From assembly GCF_009914755.1 (NCBI RefSeq), contig NC_060930.1: 64,000 nt of DNA; one strand, written 5' to 3'. Both the position numbers and the translations under genes were made by a program. Below, one piece after another: positions 43,306 through 57,094 of the stretch (positions are counted from its first letter, which is position 1; every line of letters begins with the position of its first letter). The notes beneath the pieces were generated by a model, which saw only the letters and a program-made list of their open reading frames with translations, was not told where the DNA came from and ran no database searches. Source of the DNA: the human T2T-CHM13v2.0 reference genome, Homo sapiens.

Positions 43306-43460
43306 AGAAATATCTAATGTAAATGACAAGTTGATGGATGCAGCAAACCAACAAGGCACATGTATAGCTATGTAACAAACCTCCACGTTGTGCACATGTA
43401 CCCTAGAACTTAAAGTATAATAAAACATAAAAAATATAAATATAAAATAAAAAAATAAAA
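43306..43460 (+). mobile_element. L1PA 3' end (about L1PA5-7)
   Basis: 'ctaatgtaaatgacaagttgatgg...tatgtaacaaacc...cacgttgtgcacatgtaccctagaacttaaagtataataaaa' plus A-rich tail. Confidence 0.9.
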
Positions 43461-43712
43461 TGTTCTTATTTCATTTTTAAAGCAATTTTATTATGATATG
43501 CTGTGGTATAGTTTCCTAATGCTTCTTGTGCTTGGAGTTTACTGAACTTCTTGGTTCTTTAAATTTATAGCTTTCATCAAATTTGAACAATTTTAAACTT
43601 TTGTTTATTTAAACACTTTTGTCTTCTTTCTCCCAATTTTTAGGACTCCTATTATTACCTGTATGTGGTTTGACATTTCCCCATAGCTGTATGATTCTCT
43701 GTTTGTTTGTTT

Positions 43713-43753
43713 TGTGTGTGTGTGTGTGTGTGTGTGTGCGTGCGCGCGCGTGC
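43713..43753. repeat. (TG)13 CG TG (CG)4 TGC alternating purine-pyrimidine tract
   Basis: Read directly; uninterrupted RY alternation for 41 bp. Confidence 0.95.
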
Positions 43754-45049
43754 TCCATATTGGATAGTTTCTATTGTATTATCATCAGTTTCACTAGTCT
43801 GTCTCTGCAGGGTCTAATATGTGGTTAATTTCATTTATTGTATTTCTTAATTTCATAAATTATAGTTTTATATTTAGAATTGAAAATGAGTCTTTCAAAA
43901 ATACTCTTCATGTCCCAGACCTTTTGCTACCTTCTTGTAGTCTATATCTAAGTATTGCTTAACTGCTTATTTTTCCAATTCCTTGCATGACTGGCTATTT
44001 TTTAAATGAATGTCATATATTGTGAATTTTACCTTGATGGATCCTGGTTATTTTTGTGTATCTCTAAAATTTTTTAGCTTTGTTATTGGGCACAGCTAAG
44101 TTACTTATAAACAGCTTTGACCATTTCCTTTTGAGGACTGTTTTTGGTTTTATTAGGTAAAATCAGAGCAGCCTTAATTCAAGGATTAATTTTGATCCCA
44201 TTACTCTTCTACATACTCTTCTTGATGTTCCATGAATTATGAGAATTGTTTACTCTCTTTGATTGGAATACAAACTATAACTATTCCTGGCCATATGTGA
44301 GATCTGAAGGGTTGCTCCTTTTCTTCATTTTGGTAGTTTTGTTTCATCATGGTTAGTTTTCATACACACATTTGCTGATTAATACTCAGCTAAATAGCCA
44401 AGGAGATTCTTCTGCATATATCTAGAGACTTACTGTGGAACTATCTGGATACTTTCCCCTGAGAATTCTACCCTGCTAGCCTCCTTGAGTTCCTAACATT
44501 TGTCTTCTCAACTCTGGCAGGCAATCAGGCTCCACCTGGTGTCCCTTTCCCTGAGCTGCAGCCTAAAATCTCCAACCTGTCAGGAATCTGGGGAAGTTAT
44601 AGGGCTTGTTTGCATCTCCTTTCTCAAAGAACGTGTGCTGCCAGACAACCAACCTTTAAAATTGTTGTTTGATGTATTTGCTTTCCTACTTCTTCTTGTT
44701 ATTGTCACAGCTAGAAGGTAGATCTGATCCATATTCCTGCATTGTGACCAAAAAGTACAACAATAATCTGAGTTACTAACAGTATACATCGATCTCACCC
44801 CAGAGTAAGATGGGGAGCTGAACTAAGCTTTCAGCATATTGACAGGAGGCATGAACGCCTTTCTATCCAATAACTTGTATTGAAATACTGCCCTACCAAC
44901 ACAAAGAAGTAACCAGGCTATGAGTGGAGAAAAAAGGAATCATAACAGCGCTTTTAAGCTATAAAAGTGTGGCCTCTAAATCCACAATACCCATATGGCA
45001 TTGCATTATTAGTGCAAGGTAAGTACAGTTTAAGGTAGAAATAATTTTT

Positions 45050-47600
45050 ATGTATAATGACGAATATTTGGTAATCACAGAAAGAACAATGCACTAGGAC
45101 AATAAATCAAACATAAGCCTGTATAATTCTGAAAAGAACCTGAAAACATGGTTGTATTATAGGAAGACTTGACAAAAATACAAAGATATGAGGAGATTTT
45201 AACACACTTCTATAAAATTATGAAAAACCCCCCAAATTAATAAGTTTGAACAATACAAGTACCAATGGACATATAGAGTGCTTACGGCCCATAAGAAAGA
45301 GTTAACATTATTTTCAAGCATGTGTATATGAAAGATACATACAATTTTTTGGGGGATGAACCAAAAAGATAGTATCAATAAATTTCAAAAATTAGCATCT
45401 TGTATATACTTTTTCTGAACACAGTCAATAAAAAAGTACTTTTGGAAATAAATTTGTAAAGTCAATTGTTTATGAATTAAGGAAGAAATCACAGTAGAGA
45501 TTTAAAATATTTTTTGTGAGATATTAATTTTTGAAAAAAATTCTTGATGTAGTTAAAACAATACTTATAGACTACAATTTATATATTTTAAAAGTAGATG
45601 AAAGTGTTCAATTTTATAAGCAACAGGAAATAATTATATCAACTCATAATTATATCAACTCAAATTTTACTATTTATATAGTAAAATAAAACTGAAATTT
45701 AAAAACTAAAATAAAACATATATTTGACATGATCATCAAGACAGAAACTGATGCTAAGTAAAAGATACACATCTCTGGTAAGATTGAGCAGAAAGGAAAA
45801 GGAAAAGCAAAATAAACAATATTAAGAATGAAAAAGCGATGCAACTATAGTCATAACAGATCAACTTTAAATCACAGAGACAGTATGAAATAGACAATTA
45901 TTAAAAAAAAGTTACTACAATAATAGTCATACACACCCCAACAGACACACTCATTGGTCATATTTGTATGTAATTTAAACACCTAAAGTAAAAAGATGTT
46001 AATTTATTATAAGATATTGAATTAAAATAAATGCAGGAGTCCATAGGATTACACAAACAAAGGGAAAGTATGAGAGAAAGGGAAGCATTTAAAATTTGAA
46101 TGCCGCTAACAAAAGTAGAAGAAATTTGTAATATCTAATGCAATAGTAATTGATTCAGGCAAGAATCATCAATAAATGTTAAAGCCATTGAGAATATATT
46201 CTGGTGGGGAGGAGGCTATTTACCCCATCTCAAATATCACCCTGCAGATTACTTTTTAATTGCAATGGGAAATATGTACACTGACATCTTATAGATCACT
46301 TTCTTAAGCAAGTGATGTAACTTCACCAACTGAAGGAGAGCCTGACATTATTTGACTCTCATGCAAATAAAAAACCAAATAGTTCAAAGCGTTATTTACG
46401 TATTCTTCCCATAAATGTTTAACCTAAATTTAACCATGAGAAGGTTAAATACTGAATTTGAAATATTTTACAAAATAAATTAGAATATTATTTTCTAAAA
46501 ATTCAATTTTTCAGAAACCAAAGGAAGGAAGAACTCATAAATTCATTGGGACCCTTCTGTATTAAAGAAGACTAATGAGTCAATAACAACGCATGAATCT
46601 TCATTATCATATCTTGGATCATAAAAGAAATCAGTTTTATCTTAGACACAAGTGAAAATATTGCATATGAGCCCCATATTATGTGATATGCAATTATCAT
46701 TGCCTTTATGGGTATGACAATGGTATTGCAGTCAGGTAGAGGAATGCCCTTTTTCTAAGAACATTTTGAAATATATAGCTGAGAAATGTCATAATACTTG
46801 CAATGTATTTTCAGATAGTTAAGGAGAGAAACGGACTGAGTGAGAAAGAGAGAGAGTGAGAGCACAAATCTGTGGCAAAATGTTAACAATTGAAACTAGT
46901 TGAAGGGTTTGTAGGTGATCTTTGCAATACTGCTGCAATCTCCTCATCAATTTGGAAATTTTCCATTTAAAAAGTTGGTAAGGAGGGGCTTTGCCAAGTC
47001 CAGATGGTATTACAAGCAAGTTTTATTGAATCTTTAAGGATTTTGAGCGAGAAAATATTTTCAGAAATAAAGTTTCCATACTAATTTTATAATGTGAGCA
47101 TAATCTTGAAACTCTATTAGATCAGGACAGTTTGAGAAATTCAAATTTTAGTATACTACTATCAACATAGATACAAAAATGATATTTGATAAAATATTGT
47201 CAAATTACAACCAATAGTGCAATTAAAAATAGTATACTATGACAAAGTAGGGTGTATCCCAAATGGACAATAATACTTTAACAGTAAAAAATTGATTGAT
47301 CTATTTATCAGATTAATAGATTAGAGAAAAACCTTGTAATCAACGAAAATTTCCAGAATATTTTGACAATATCGATCTAAACAGCAGGTAAAATGAATGA
47401 ATTAGAGCTGTATAAATCTTTATGGGAATATCCCTGAAACATAATACTGAGTGCACCAGTCAATTGGAGAATGATACTTATCCTATGATACACTTGTGTG
47501 AAATTCAAAAATAAAGAAAAATCTATATTATGTATTCTGATAGATATATTCACAACAAGTATATAAAAAAAGAATGTTGAGAGTATATTCCCTAAATAAA
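45050..47600 (+). mobile_element. Mosaic of old L1M/L1MC fragments
   Basis: A-rich L1-like text: 'cattattttcaagcat', 'ctggtaagattgag', 'aaatctgtggcaaaatgttaacaattg', 'gacaaagtagggtgtatccca'. Approximate. Confidence 0.6.
45631..45662. repeat. Perfect 16-bp tandem duplication (TAATTATATCAACTCA)x2
   Basis: Read directly. Confidence 0.93.
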
Positions 47601-47639
47601 ATATTATAATGGCTTCCTATAACTCCTAAGATTAATATC

Positions 47640-48451
47640 AGATTCTTTACTACAGACTCTAGGAATCTGCATCATCTGATTTTTGCTGACATTTCTAGAA
47701 TGGTCAAATATTATACTTCTTCTAGCTGTCTGCTCCAGCTTCACCTGACTTCTTCATTCTTACACTTGAATGTGTCTTGTCACAACTCACAATCGAGACT
47801 TTGCATATGTCATTTCCTCTTTCTGGAGTATTTTAGCTCTATTCTTCCTCTTAAATAACTTATCTTTCAGCTCTCATCCCATATTCAGGAGATGCGAGGT
47901 CAAATTCAGTCATTTTTCTTTATAACATTTCATACCATTCTTTCCCTTTTCTTTTTTTGGAAACAGGGTCTTGCTCTGTCTCCCAGACTGGAATGCAGTG
48001 GCACAATCACAGCTTAACCTCCTGGGCTAAAACAATCCTCCCACCTCAACCTCCTGAGTAGTTAGGACTTCAGGTGCATGCCACCATGCCTGGCTAATTA
48101 AAAAATTTAAAAAAAATCATAGAGACAGAGTCTTGCTATGTTTCCCAGGCTGGTCTCAAAGTCCTGGGCTCAAGCAATCCTCCTGCCTTGGCCTCCTAAA
48201 GTATTGAAATTACAGGCATGAGCCACCTTACCCAGCCTCTATTCCTTCCTTTGAGAGCACTATTTCAGTTGTTATTTCTCATTGACTTATGAGGTTTTGT
48301 GATTAGTATCTATCCTCCCATTAGGCTTGTTCTCCCCACATAAAATCAGATATGGCATCTATTTTGCTAAGCATCATACCCCTAGTACCTTGCACAGTTC
48401 TTGACACATTAAAGGTGCCTACCAAATATTTACTAAATTGGTGAATGAATT
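47640..48451 (+). mobile_element. L2 3' region split by an Alu
   Basis: 'actttgcatatgtcatttcctctttctgga' ... 'cctagtaccttgcacagttcttgacaca...aaatattt...gtgaatgaat'. Confidence 0.7.
47948..48237 (-). mobile_element. AluJ-type Alu with internal deletion
   Basis: 'acagggtcttgctctgtc', 'cctgggctcaagcaatcctcc'. Confidence 0.9.
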
Positions 48452-49274
48452 GGCAAAGTCGTTTCTTTCATAGGATTCTCTTATTTTGATCATGATCCTG
48501 TTGAAATAGCTTTCTCTTGATAATTCCACACTTTCATTTATCTTTTCCCTGTGACTAATGCAGTTTGATGTGGTTTGGGCATCTCTACCTGAGTGACAGG
48601 ATATAGATACTATGATTGACAGTATCCTCTAGAAGTATGGGCATTGAAGCATTTAAGACCAGAGGAAAGGGATATGCTAATCTTGGCAATATATATCAAC
48701 ATATGTTAAGAAATCACATTGAAGAGTTAATAAATTAAATTGTATTAAGAAGTAGAATATTTAACAGAAAATATCCCTGCAACAAAAATTAGAATTTAAA
48801 TATGTATTTCTCCATGCCCATATTATTTATGAGCAAATAATCATCACTTTTCCAGGCATAAAAATGGCCTCAAAGTTATTGCATGAATATGGATCCACAT
48901 ACACACACAAAATGAACTTTTAAAATATTACCAAGAACCTTACACACACCATCTTCATCTGTGTAATAGTCCTTCAGAGGAAGGTATACATTACTGTTAC
49001 AATGTTTACAAATGAATAAATTAAGGGACAGAGGAGTTGAAAAACTTTCCCCAGGTTATACAGCAGCAGAGTCAAAAATAAAATCCACATCTGTATGACT
49101 ACTGAACCCTAATTTGGTGCATTGCGAGCCAAGGATATGAAAGTTTTGCTGAAATTAATGAGGCTGGAATGTATATGTCATGTTTTAATCTAAGTCAGTG
49201 TTTCTTCAAATTTGATGCTGCTCTGTGAAAGATTCCAAAATCAAACAAGTTTTGGATACGCTGCATGTCATATT

Positions 49275-49819
49275 CAATAGTCCTCCCTTATTTGTGGTTT
49301 CAGTTACCTGTGGTCCTCAGTGATCTGAAAAGATTACATGAAAAATTCCAGAAATAAACAACTCACAGGTTTTAAATTGTGTGCTGTTCTGAGTAGCATG
49401 ATGAAATCTCATGCCATCCCTTTGTCTAGTGTATTCATGCTGTGTTGGTCATTTTGTAGCTAGCTGGCTTGGTTATCAGACCTTGTCACAGTATCTCAGT
49501 GCTTATGTTCAAGTAACCTTTCTTTTACTTAATAATGGCCCCAAAGCACAAGGATGCTGGCTATTTGGATACGGCAAAGAGAACACATAAAGCACTTTCT
49601 TTAATGAAAAAGTGAAAGTTCTGTACTAAATAAGGAAATTTAAAAAATCGTATGCTGAGGTTGCAACCTATGATGAGAATGACTCTGCTATCCATGAAAT
49701 TGTGAAGAAGGAAAAAGTAATTCATGCAGAGCATATATTGGGTTGGTACTATCAGTGGTTTCAGGAATCCATTGGGGTCTTGGAATGTATCTCTCATGGA
49801 TAAGTAGAAACTACTGTAC
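49275..49819 (+). mobile_element. TcMar-Tigger relic, MER44-family (MER44B length)
   Basis: 'tagtcctcccttat', 'aaaattccagaaataaacaa', 'ttggtactatcagtggtttcagg', ends 'actactgTA'. Confidence 0.82.
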
Positions 49820-49999
49820 TCAAAAAGTTCTGACAATGTTTTTTAATAAAGAAATAGCTTTTTTATTGCTTAACCCAGCACTTCTAAAAACATACCTGAA
49901 TAGGGAAGCTATTCTTGGAAACTTCCAGGCTAGAGGGAACTACAAAGTTTTTTTCTTCATTTTTTTTTCTAATGCAAACCTGTGTCCTAGGAAGACAAG

Positions 50000-50147
50000 T
50001 TTTTGTTGTTGTCATTGTTGTTGTTATTTCAATAGGTTTTTGGGGAACAGGTGGTGTTTGGTTACATGAATAAATTCTTTAGCGGTGATTTCTGAGATTT
50101 TGGTGCACCCATCTCCTGAGCAGTGTACACGGTACCCAAAGTGTAGC
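50000..50147 (-). mobile_element. L1PB 3' end
   Basis: 'tttttggggaacaggtggtgtttggttacatgaataaattctttagcggtgatttctgagattttggtgcaccc' with (TTG)n tail. Confidence 0.88.
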
Positions 50148-50549
50148 ACAATTTTGATAGCACTCCATGTCCTTTCTCACCTCACGCTTCTGCTCAGGCT
50201 CTTCTTTTGGCCTGGAACACCTACGTCCTCTTCGTGATATGTGGTAAATTCTTATTTACACACTAGTTTAAATGTCACATCATCTGTGAAGCCATCTATT
50301 AACCCTTCAATCACATGCCCATATATACAGAATAAGCACTAATGAGCTATAATTTCATAAAATAATGTGAATGATCCCTCACCTTTAAAGAGCATCTCCT
50401 ATGTTTAAACCCAGCTCTAAACATTGCAAATCTCATTTCTTAATACTTACAATAATTACTTATTATTATCTAATTTCCCTCCAGTTCACATATCAGTTCT
50501 CAGATTCTCTTTCCAGGAAACTCCTCTATGGAGATGATTACATTGCCTG

Positions 50550-51852
50550 ATTGACTCCTTTCCTCAACTTTCGCTTGAATACATTCAACTAGGCTTGCCC
50601 CACCATTCACCATAGCTTTTCCTGTCTAACATACCAACAGCTGCTACATTAATGAATTCAGACAAAGTATCAGTCCTCATTTATTTAAATTATCAGCAGC
50701 ATTTGACAAAGTTAGTCCCTTTTTAGAAGTTCAAACCCATTCTTCACTTTTCTTTCAGGATGCTGTCATTTCTGGTTTGCTTTGTACATCACTGGCAATT
50801 TTTTTTATGGTTTACTTTGCCGGTTCTTCTCATCTTTACAATTTCTATATGTTGTCCTGCCCCAGCCTTTGGCCAGTAATTCCATTGGTGATTTCATCAA
50901 ATTTCATGTTGGGCATTATGGCTAAGAGGACAGACCTTTGCACCAGGCTGTCTGGCTTTGAATTACAGCTCAACTAGTTTGTTAGATGTGTAACCATGGG
51001 CTAGCGATCTATCTCTACCTTTCTATGTCTACCTCTCTTTTACCTCATCGGTAAAAATAGGGATTATAGCAGTACCTCAGTCATAGAACTGTTGTCATAT
51101 TACATGATGTGATGTTTGTAAAGAGCATAATGTCCAGCAATATATGTTTTTGCTGATATTACCTATAATCTAATGACTCATAAAACCTATCTAGCTGGGA
51201 TTTCTGCTACAAACTTGTGAATCATATATCCAACTACCTATACAATGTCTCTACTTGGAAGTCTAATATATATCTCAAATTTATTATATATAGAATGGAA
51301 AGTCTTATCATCACTCTTAAACCAGGCAAGCTTAGTAAATGGCAACTACATCCAGTTGCAGATGCAAAAAGACTCGGATGCTTCCTTGATTCCTTTCTCT
51401 CAGACCATCAATCCATCTGTCAAATCTAGATTGTTCTGAATTGAAGTTTTCCAGAATCTTGCTACTTCTCACCTCAATCATTCTAATCCAACCCCCCAGG
51501 ATCCCTCATCTCAATAATTGTACTAGTTTACTGCCTTTCTGTGGACTATATTCAACATAGCAGAGTGGTTATTTTAAAATATAAGTCAGCTCATATCTCT
51601 CCTCTGCTTCTAGGCTTCTGTGACTTTTTACCTCACTGATTAAAATCTGGAGTTCTTACACAGGTTTATAAGAATTTACCTAATCTGTCCCATCACTCCC
51701 TTAATCTATCTAATCTTGTCTACAAGTTTCACTTCTTTAAGTCCACTCTCACTGCTCTGGTCCCCTCACAGGTCCTGTGGGAATCTAGACATGGTTTTCT
51801 CTCAGCCTCCTTGTGCTTGCCATTCCTCTGTCTAGTGTGTTAGTGTCTAAGG

Positions 51853-51894
<42 letters not shown>

Positions 51895-52186
51895 TTATTC
51901 TTTCAGATCTTTACTTAAAATTCACCTTCCCAAGGCCTTTGCCTACTCTATTGAAAATTGCAACTCCACTCTACCCCAGCCCCTTTTTCTCCTTACTTTT
52001 TTCACTGGAGCTCAAAATGATCTAGCACAATATGGTTTTTATTCATTTCTTGTTTTTTCAACTCTTCCTTCCAGAACATAAGCTCAATGAGGGGAGGAAT
52101 TTTTATTTCATCTGTTCACTGAATATCTCTGGTGTTAGAGCACCCAGCACATATTAGGCACTTAAGCAACAGTCATAGAATGAATT
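50550..52186 (+). mobile_element. Long L2 (L2a-like) fragment containing a MIR (about 50915-51150) and (TG)19
   Basis: 'tcagcagcatttgaca', 'catatatccaactaccta', 'caacatagcagagtg', 'aagctcaatgaggggagg...tgttcactg...gcacatattaggcactt'. Confidence 0.8.
51855..51892. repeat. (TG)19 microsatellite
   Basis: Read directly. Confidence 0.97.
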
Positions 52187-52469
52187 CCTTCCCATAAGGG
52201 ATAAAGAAAGTGAAGCTCACAGAGACAAATCATTTTCCACGACTATCCAAAATTTACCCAAGGGATCCAAAGTCAAAGCACAGAATTAGAAGACACAGGT
52301 CAGCATCTAGGCTACACATACTGAAGGAATATGTAATTCATAGAAGATAATAATAGAATAGCCAAATGCATACTCTTCTTCTCACTAGAAGGGATTTCCC
52401 TGAGAAAAGGAGCAGTTTTAGTCGTCTTTATAACCCTGGCACCTAATATAGTGTGGGAATCACAGCAGC

Positions 52470-52645
52470 AGCGGTGTGCTGGAGCCAGCTCCCCAAGCTC
52501 AGAAGAGTGGGTTGTGTGCTCTCTTCCAATCCTGCTTTTTGCGACATATGTAGGTAGCTTGGAATTGGCCTTACTGAGAATATTTACACCATGGAAATTA
52601 GCAAACAAGTCAGGGTTTATTAAATATGTACCTGAAAAGCACTGC
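52470..52645 (+). mobile_element. hAT-Blackjack relic, MER63-like
   Basis: 'cagcggtgtgctggagccagctc', 'ggtagcttggaattggcc', 'atatttacaccatggaaatt'. Confidence 0.75.
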
Positions 52646-54059
52646 AAAGAAGATAGTTAAAAATATATATATTGTTGTATGAGTGAATGAATTCATGAGT
52701 AAAATGTATGAGGTAGATATTATAGTCTGAGGCATCTTTTAGCATACAGATGCTGTAGATAAGGTGAAAACGTAAAAACTGTTGATCGATAACTTTCAAT
52801 GAATTACAAAAACAAACAATAACAAATAAAATCTTTGATATAGGACATAGTTCAATTTCTTACTCCATGAGCTCTATTTAGATAGAGCTCTCTGTCTTCC
52901 CTATGGGATAATAAAAAATACGGCTCAAATTTCCTCCTAAGTATAGTAACCCACATAATGTATATTCACTTTGTATTTTATCATTATGTGTCTGTGAATA
53001 TACATAATTTTTCCACTAGACAAGTCCTTCTTAAATATTTTTAAATCATCATTTATTTTAAGAAAGTCACCTTCATATAAAAAGGCAAAGATACAAAAAA
53101 ATATGCATACAATTTCCAGAGGAGCACAGACCTTCAAAATACCGTGCCACCCTTGCTCCCACCCCAACCAACAGGCTCCAGGTTAAGAACTCTGCACTTG
53201 AAGTAGAGGATTCTAGGGTCAGGCTATTTGTCTAAGTTATTGCCTATTCCCAGCATGTGTCTGACATACTGACACTTAAAAAAAGAAAACAAAGAAAAAA
53301 AAAATAAGACTTGCAGATTGAATAAATGGATGGAATGAATAGTTATTTTAGTTGCTTCTTAGATCTTCTCTTTCCCTAAACACCTCCAATTTTGTCAACT
53401 ACTTTTTATAAAGCATGATTTTCAGAACCTATAACTTCTGGATCTCCCTCCTCTGACACTCAATGTTCTTGATTTTGGAGAAAGTCAAACTACTGCCACA
53501 TTCCCCCAAACTCAAATACAGAGTTATTGTTGTAGTTTAAGATTCAAGTAATGTTCCAGGCAACATTTCTTTAATCACTCACGATCCACAGTGATCTTTC
53601 ATTTAGCTAAAACTCTAGATTCTTTTCACCTAAAAGACTATAGCTAGCTCCTTCTATCATTCTATTGCCCTAGTGGACTTTTAAATTTAACTCCATATTT
53701 TTACCATTAAATTCCATTGTCAGTTTCAGCCACTGTTCTAGCCTGTGAAGCTCTTTGGAAATTACATAACATAGTTGTCCCAGTTAGAGTCATTCCCAAA
53801 TGTATTCAATATGTCTTATGTGTCATCAAATAGTTCATTAAAAATTACTTTAAGAATAATAGAAGCCAGGGACCTCCTGCAGTTTTACAGTGAGCCATTA
53901 ATCAATACTGTTTGGTAGGAAAGATCTATCACCTACAGATTCAACAAACTGCTTAACTATTCAACCCACATTTATTCATCCTATCCACAAGGAAATCTTA
54001 GGAAATTTCAAATGTGCTGTTGAAATCCAGGGGATTTAGATGAGGCATGGTACTGTCTG

Positions 54060-54295
54060 TTACTGTAACTTTTCCCTGAGATACTGTTGTATACACCTCC
54101 TTTGTGCTCTCATAAAATTTTGTGCATGTCTCTGTCATAGTCTTTACCAAAATGTACCCTAATTTTCTTTTGCATCTGTCTTCTCAAGTACTGTGAAGTC
54201 CTTGAAGAATTAATCTGTGCATCCTTTATCTCTGTATTATCAGAACCTTATGTGTAATAGTTAATAAATATTTGTCAAACAGACGAGTAAATAAT
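54060..54295 (+). mobile_element. L2 3' end
   Basis: 'ctgtgaagtccttgaag...tttatctctgtat...taataaatatttgtc'. Confidence 0.6.
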
Positions 54296-54527
54296 AGGAG
54301 TCTCATATTTTACCTTAGGATGTGAAAATCTGTATAAAGTTCACAATTTTCTCTGGACTTATTCTAGGAAGCAAATCACTAAAGATGATTCACAACAATT
54401 TGGGAGAACAGAGGAGCCATTTCATTTCTTTGTGCCTCACTTACAACATTCTTACTATTTTAACTTTATGCACATATGGAATGTGTGACTTGATTTTATA
54501 ACAGAAAGACATTTTTATCCTTCTTAA

Positions 54528-54622
54528 GCTAAAACTGTACATGCTATTCTGATTATTTCTGTTTTCCTCCTTTTATGCTAAAACTGTACATGCTATTATG
54601 ATTATTTCTGTTTTCCTCCTTT
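54528..54622. repeat. 49-bp tandem duplication
   Basis: GCTAAAACTGTACATGCTATT(C/A)TGATTATTTCTGTTTTCCTCCTTT at 54528 and 54577. Confidence 0.95.
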
Positions 54623-55399
54623 ATATGTAACCTTTTGTATTTCTTTTTAAAAGGTCAGAAACAGTATCTCATTAACACTTCAGAAAAATAGTTGCCAATG
54701 TTTCCATTCATAGACCTCATACTTGGAGTGTCTCCTTTAAAATTATATGAAAATGATAAAATGCCACAAAATCACAGTGTTCCTGAATATTTATGCAATC
54801 TTCTATATAAAATTTACTTCAGACTTTCTGCTGCTTGCCTGATAGTAATAAATTTATTAGTGTATTTAGAATATAAAATGTCATCATTTTATGCCTGCCT
54901 TTTGATGGCCAGACACTCATCAATTTTTTTCCAAAGCCAGATTTCTATAAGGAGACACTCATCGATAAAATATCCAGTGTTCCTGCACAGAGGTTGAGTA
55001 ATTAGTTTCTACCACAGACTGAAAAACTCAATGTATGGAGAACAAAATAACCTTGTACATTATGTGCAATCTTTATTAATTGAACTTTAAGCTAGCTCTT
55101 GAGATTTTTATGCAGTCTGCAACAAAAAGGTCAATGGAATGGCAATGAATCCTCTTGTATTTATTAGTTCATTTTGCAAATGCTAACATTGGGTGAGAAT
55201 TGATTCGATTTGTTTGTGATCCAATACCAAAGGGGTATTATTCATTAAGATTTACATGGAAAATAACATACCCAAGGGAAATCAGAAGGAACATTTGCAA
55301 TAGCAATGGTCTTACTAGAGGTTGACCATGATTTTCATTTCACACCATTTCTTAAAATTATCAAAAAGTGTCCTCAAAGGAATTATTACTTGGAATTTA

Positions 55400-55415
55400 A
55401 CACACACACACACCA

Positions 55416-55442
<27 letters not shown>
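55400..55442. repeat. Interrupted (CA)n microsatellite
   Basis: Read directly. Confidence 0.95.
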
Positions 55443-55448
<6 letters not shown>

Positions 55449-55449
55449 A

Positions 55450-56200
55450 TATTTAAAATGCTGTTCTAGGCTCCAAAGTTACAACATAAATAAAACAGTC
55501 AATGTCCTCAAAAATCTCACAATCTAATGAGAAAACAGAAATTTGAGAATTCATTCATTATAGTACAAGGTAAAGTAAAGGAAATACTTTGATGTCAATA
55601 TGAAATTATCTATGGGAGTACAGAGGATTTAAAGATGAAACTTTATAAAGTGAGAAAGATTTCACTTTTGTCTTAGATGATTAGAAGAATTTCACATGTT
55701 TTAATAGAGATATTAATCAAAAGCCAAAATATGGACAAGAACTCTGGAAATAGCTAAAGAAATTTACAATTTTGGGAAATGGAGAACAGAGCTGTATGAC
55801 TGAGGTATGGTGAGGAGTGATGATCGATAAGCCAAGAAGTGAAGACGCAGGTTAGAATTTGAAGAACCCCCTTTCTTTTCCATGTTAAGTTGTCAGGTAG
55901 TGAGGTACTACTGAACAGTTTGACCTTTGGAATGGGTTGAGTTAAACCTGAGTGTCTATGTTTTAGAAAGTTATCATTTGTGACAACACACCGTTGTAAA
56001 ATCTGTAGTTTTCCTAATATATGTGAAGATACTCTTGGCTGTGACAATGTATTAAAAGGAAGGGAAAGATACATTAAAAGTTAGAATTAGGACTTAGTGT
56101 TTGAATGAAAATGGAAGTTTAGGAGGCATCAGGATTAAAGACGGCATCAAGATTTCTACTTAGTACATTGCATACATGTGTAATCAAGTGTGAATTATTA
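55450..56200 (-). mobile_element. Diverged L2 fragment
   Basis: 'ctcacaatctaatgagaaaacaga', 'aggtactactgaacagtttt'-like text, 'aaagacggcatcaagatttct'. Confidence 0.5.
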
Positions 56201-56380
56201 AACAAAACTAGATACTTCATATCTCGTTATGTAACTACTACTTAATATTTTTAACCTAAGTGTTCTTAATTCTGCAAAGAATTCTAAATTTAAAATGCCT
56301 AAGTAATCTTTTTCAGTTCATGCAAATATATATGTGTGGGCATGTTTGTGTGGGTGTCTTGTTTTACTAAAATATCTTCA

Positions 56381-57094
<714 letters not shown>

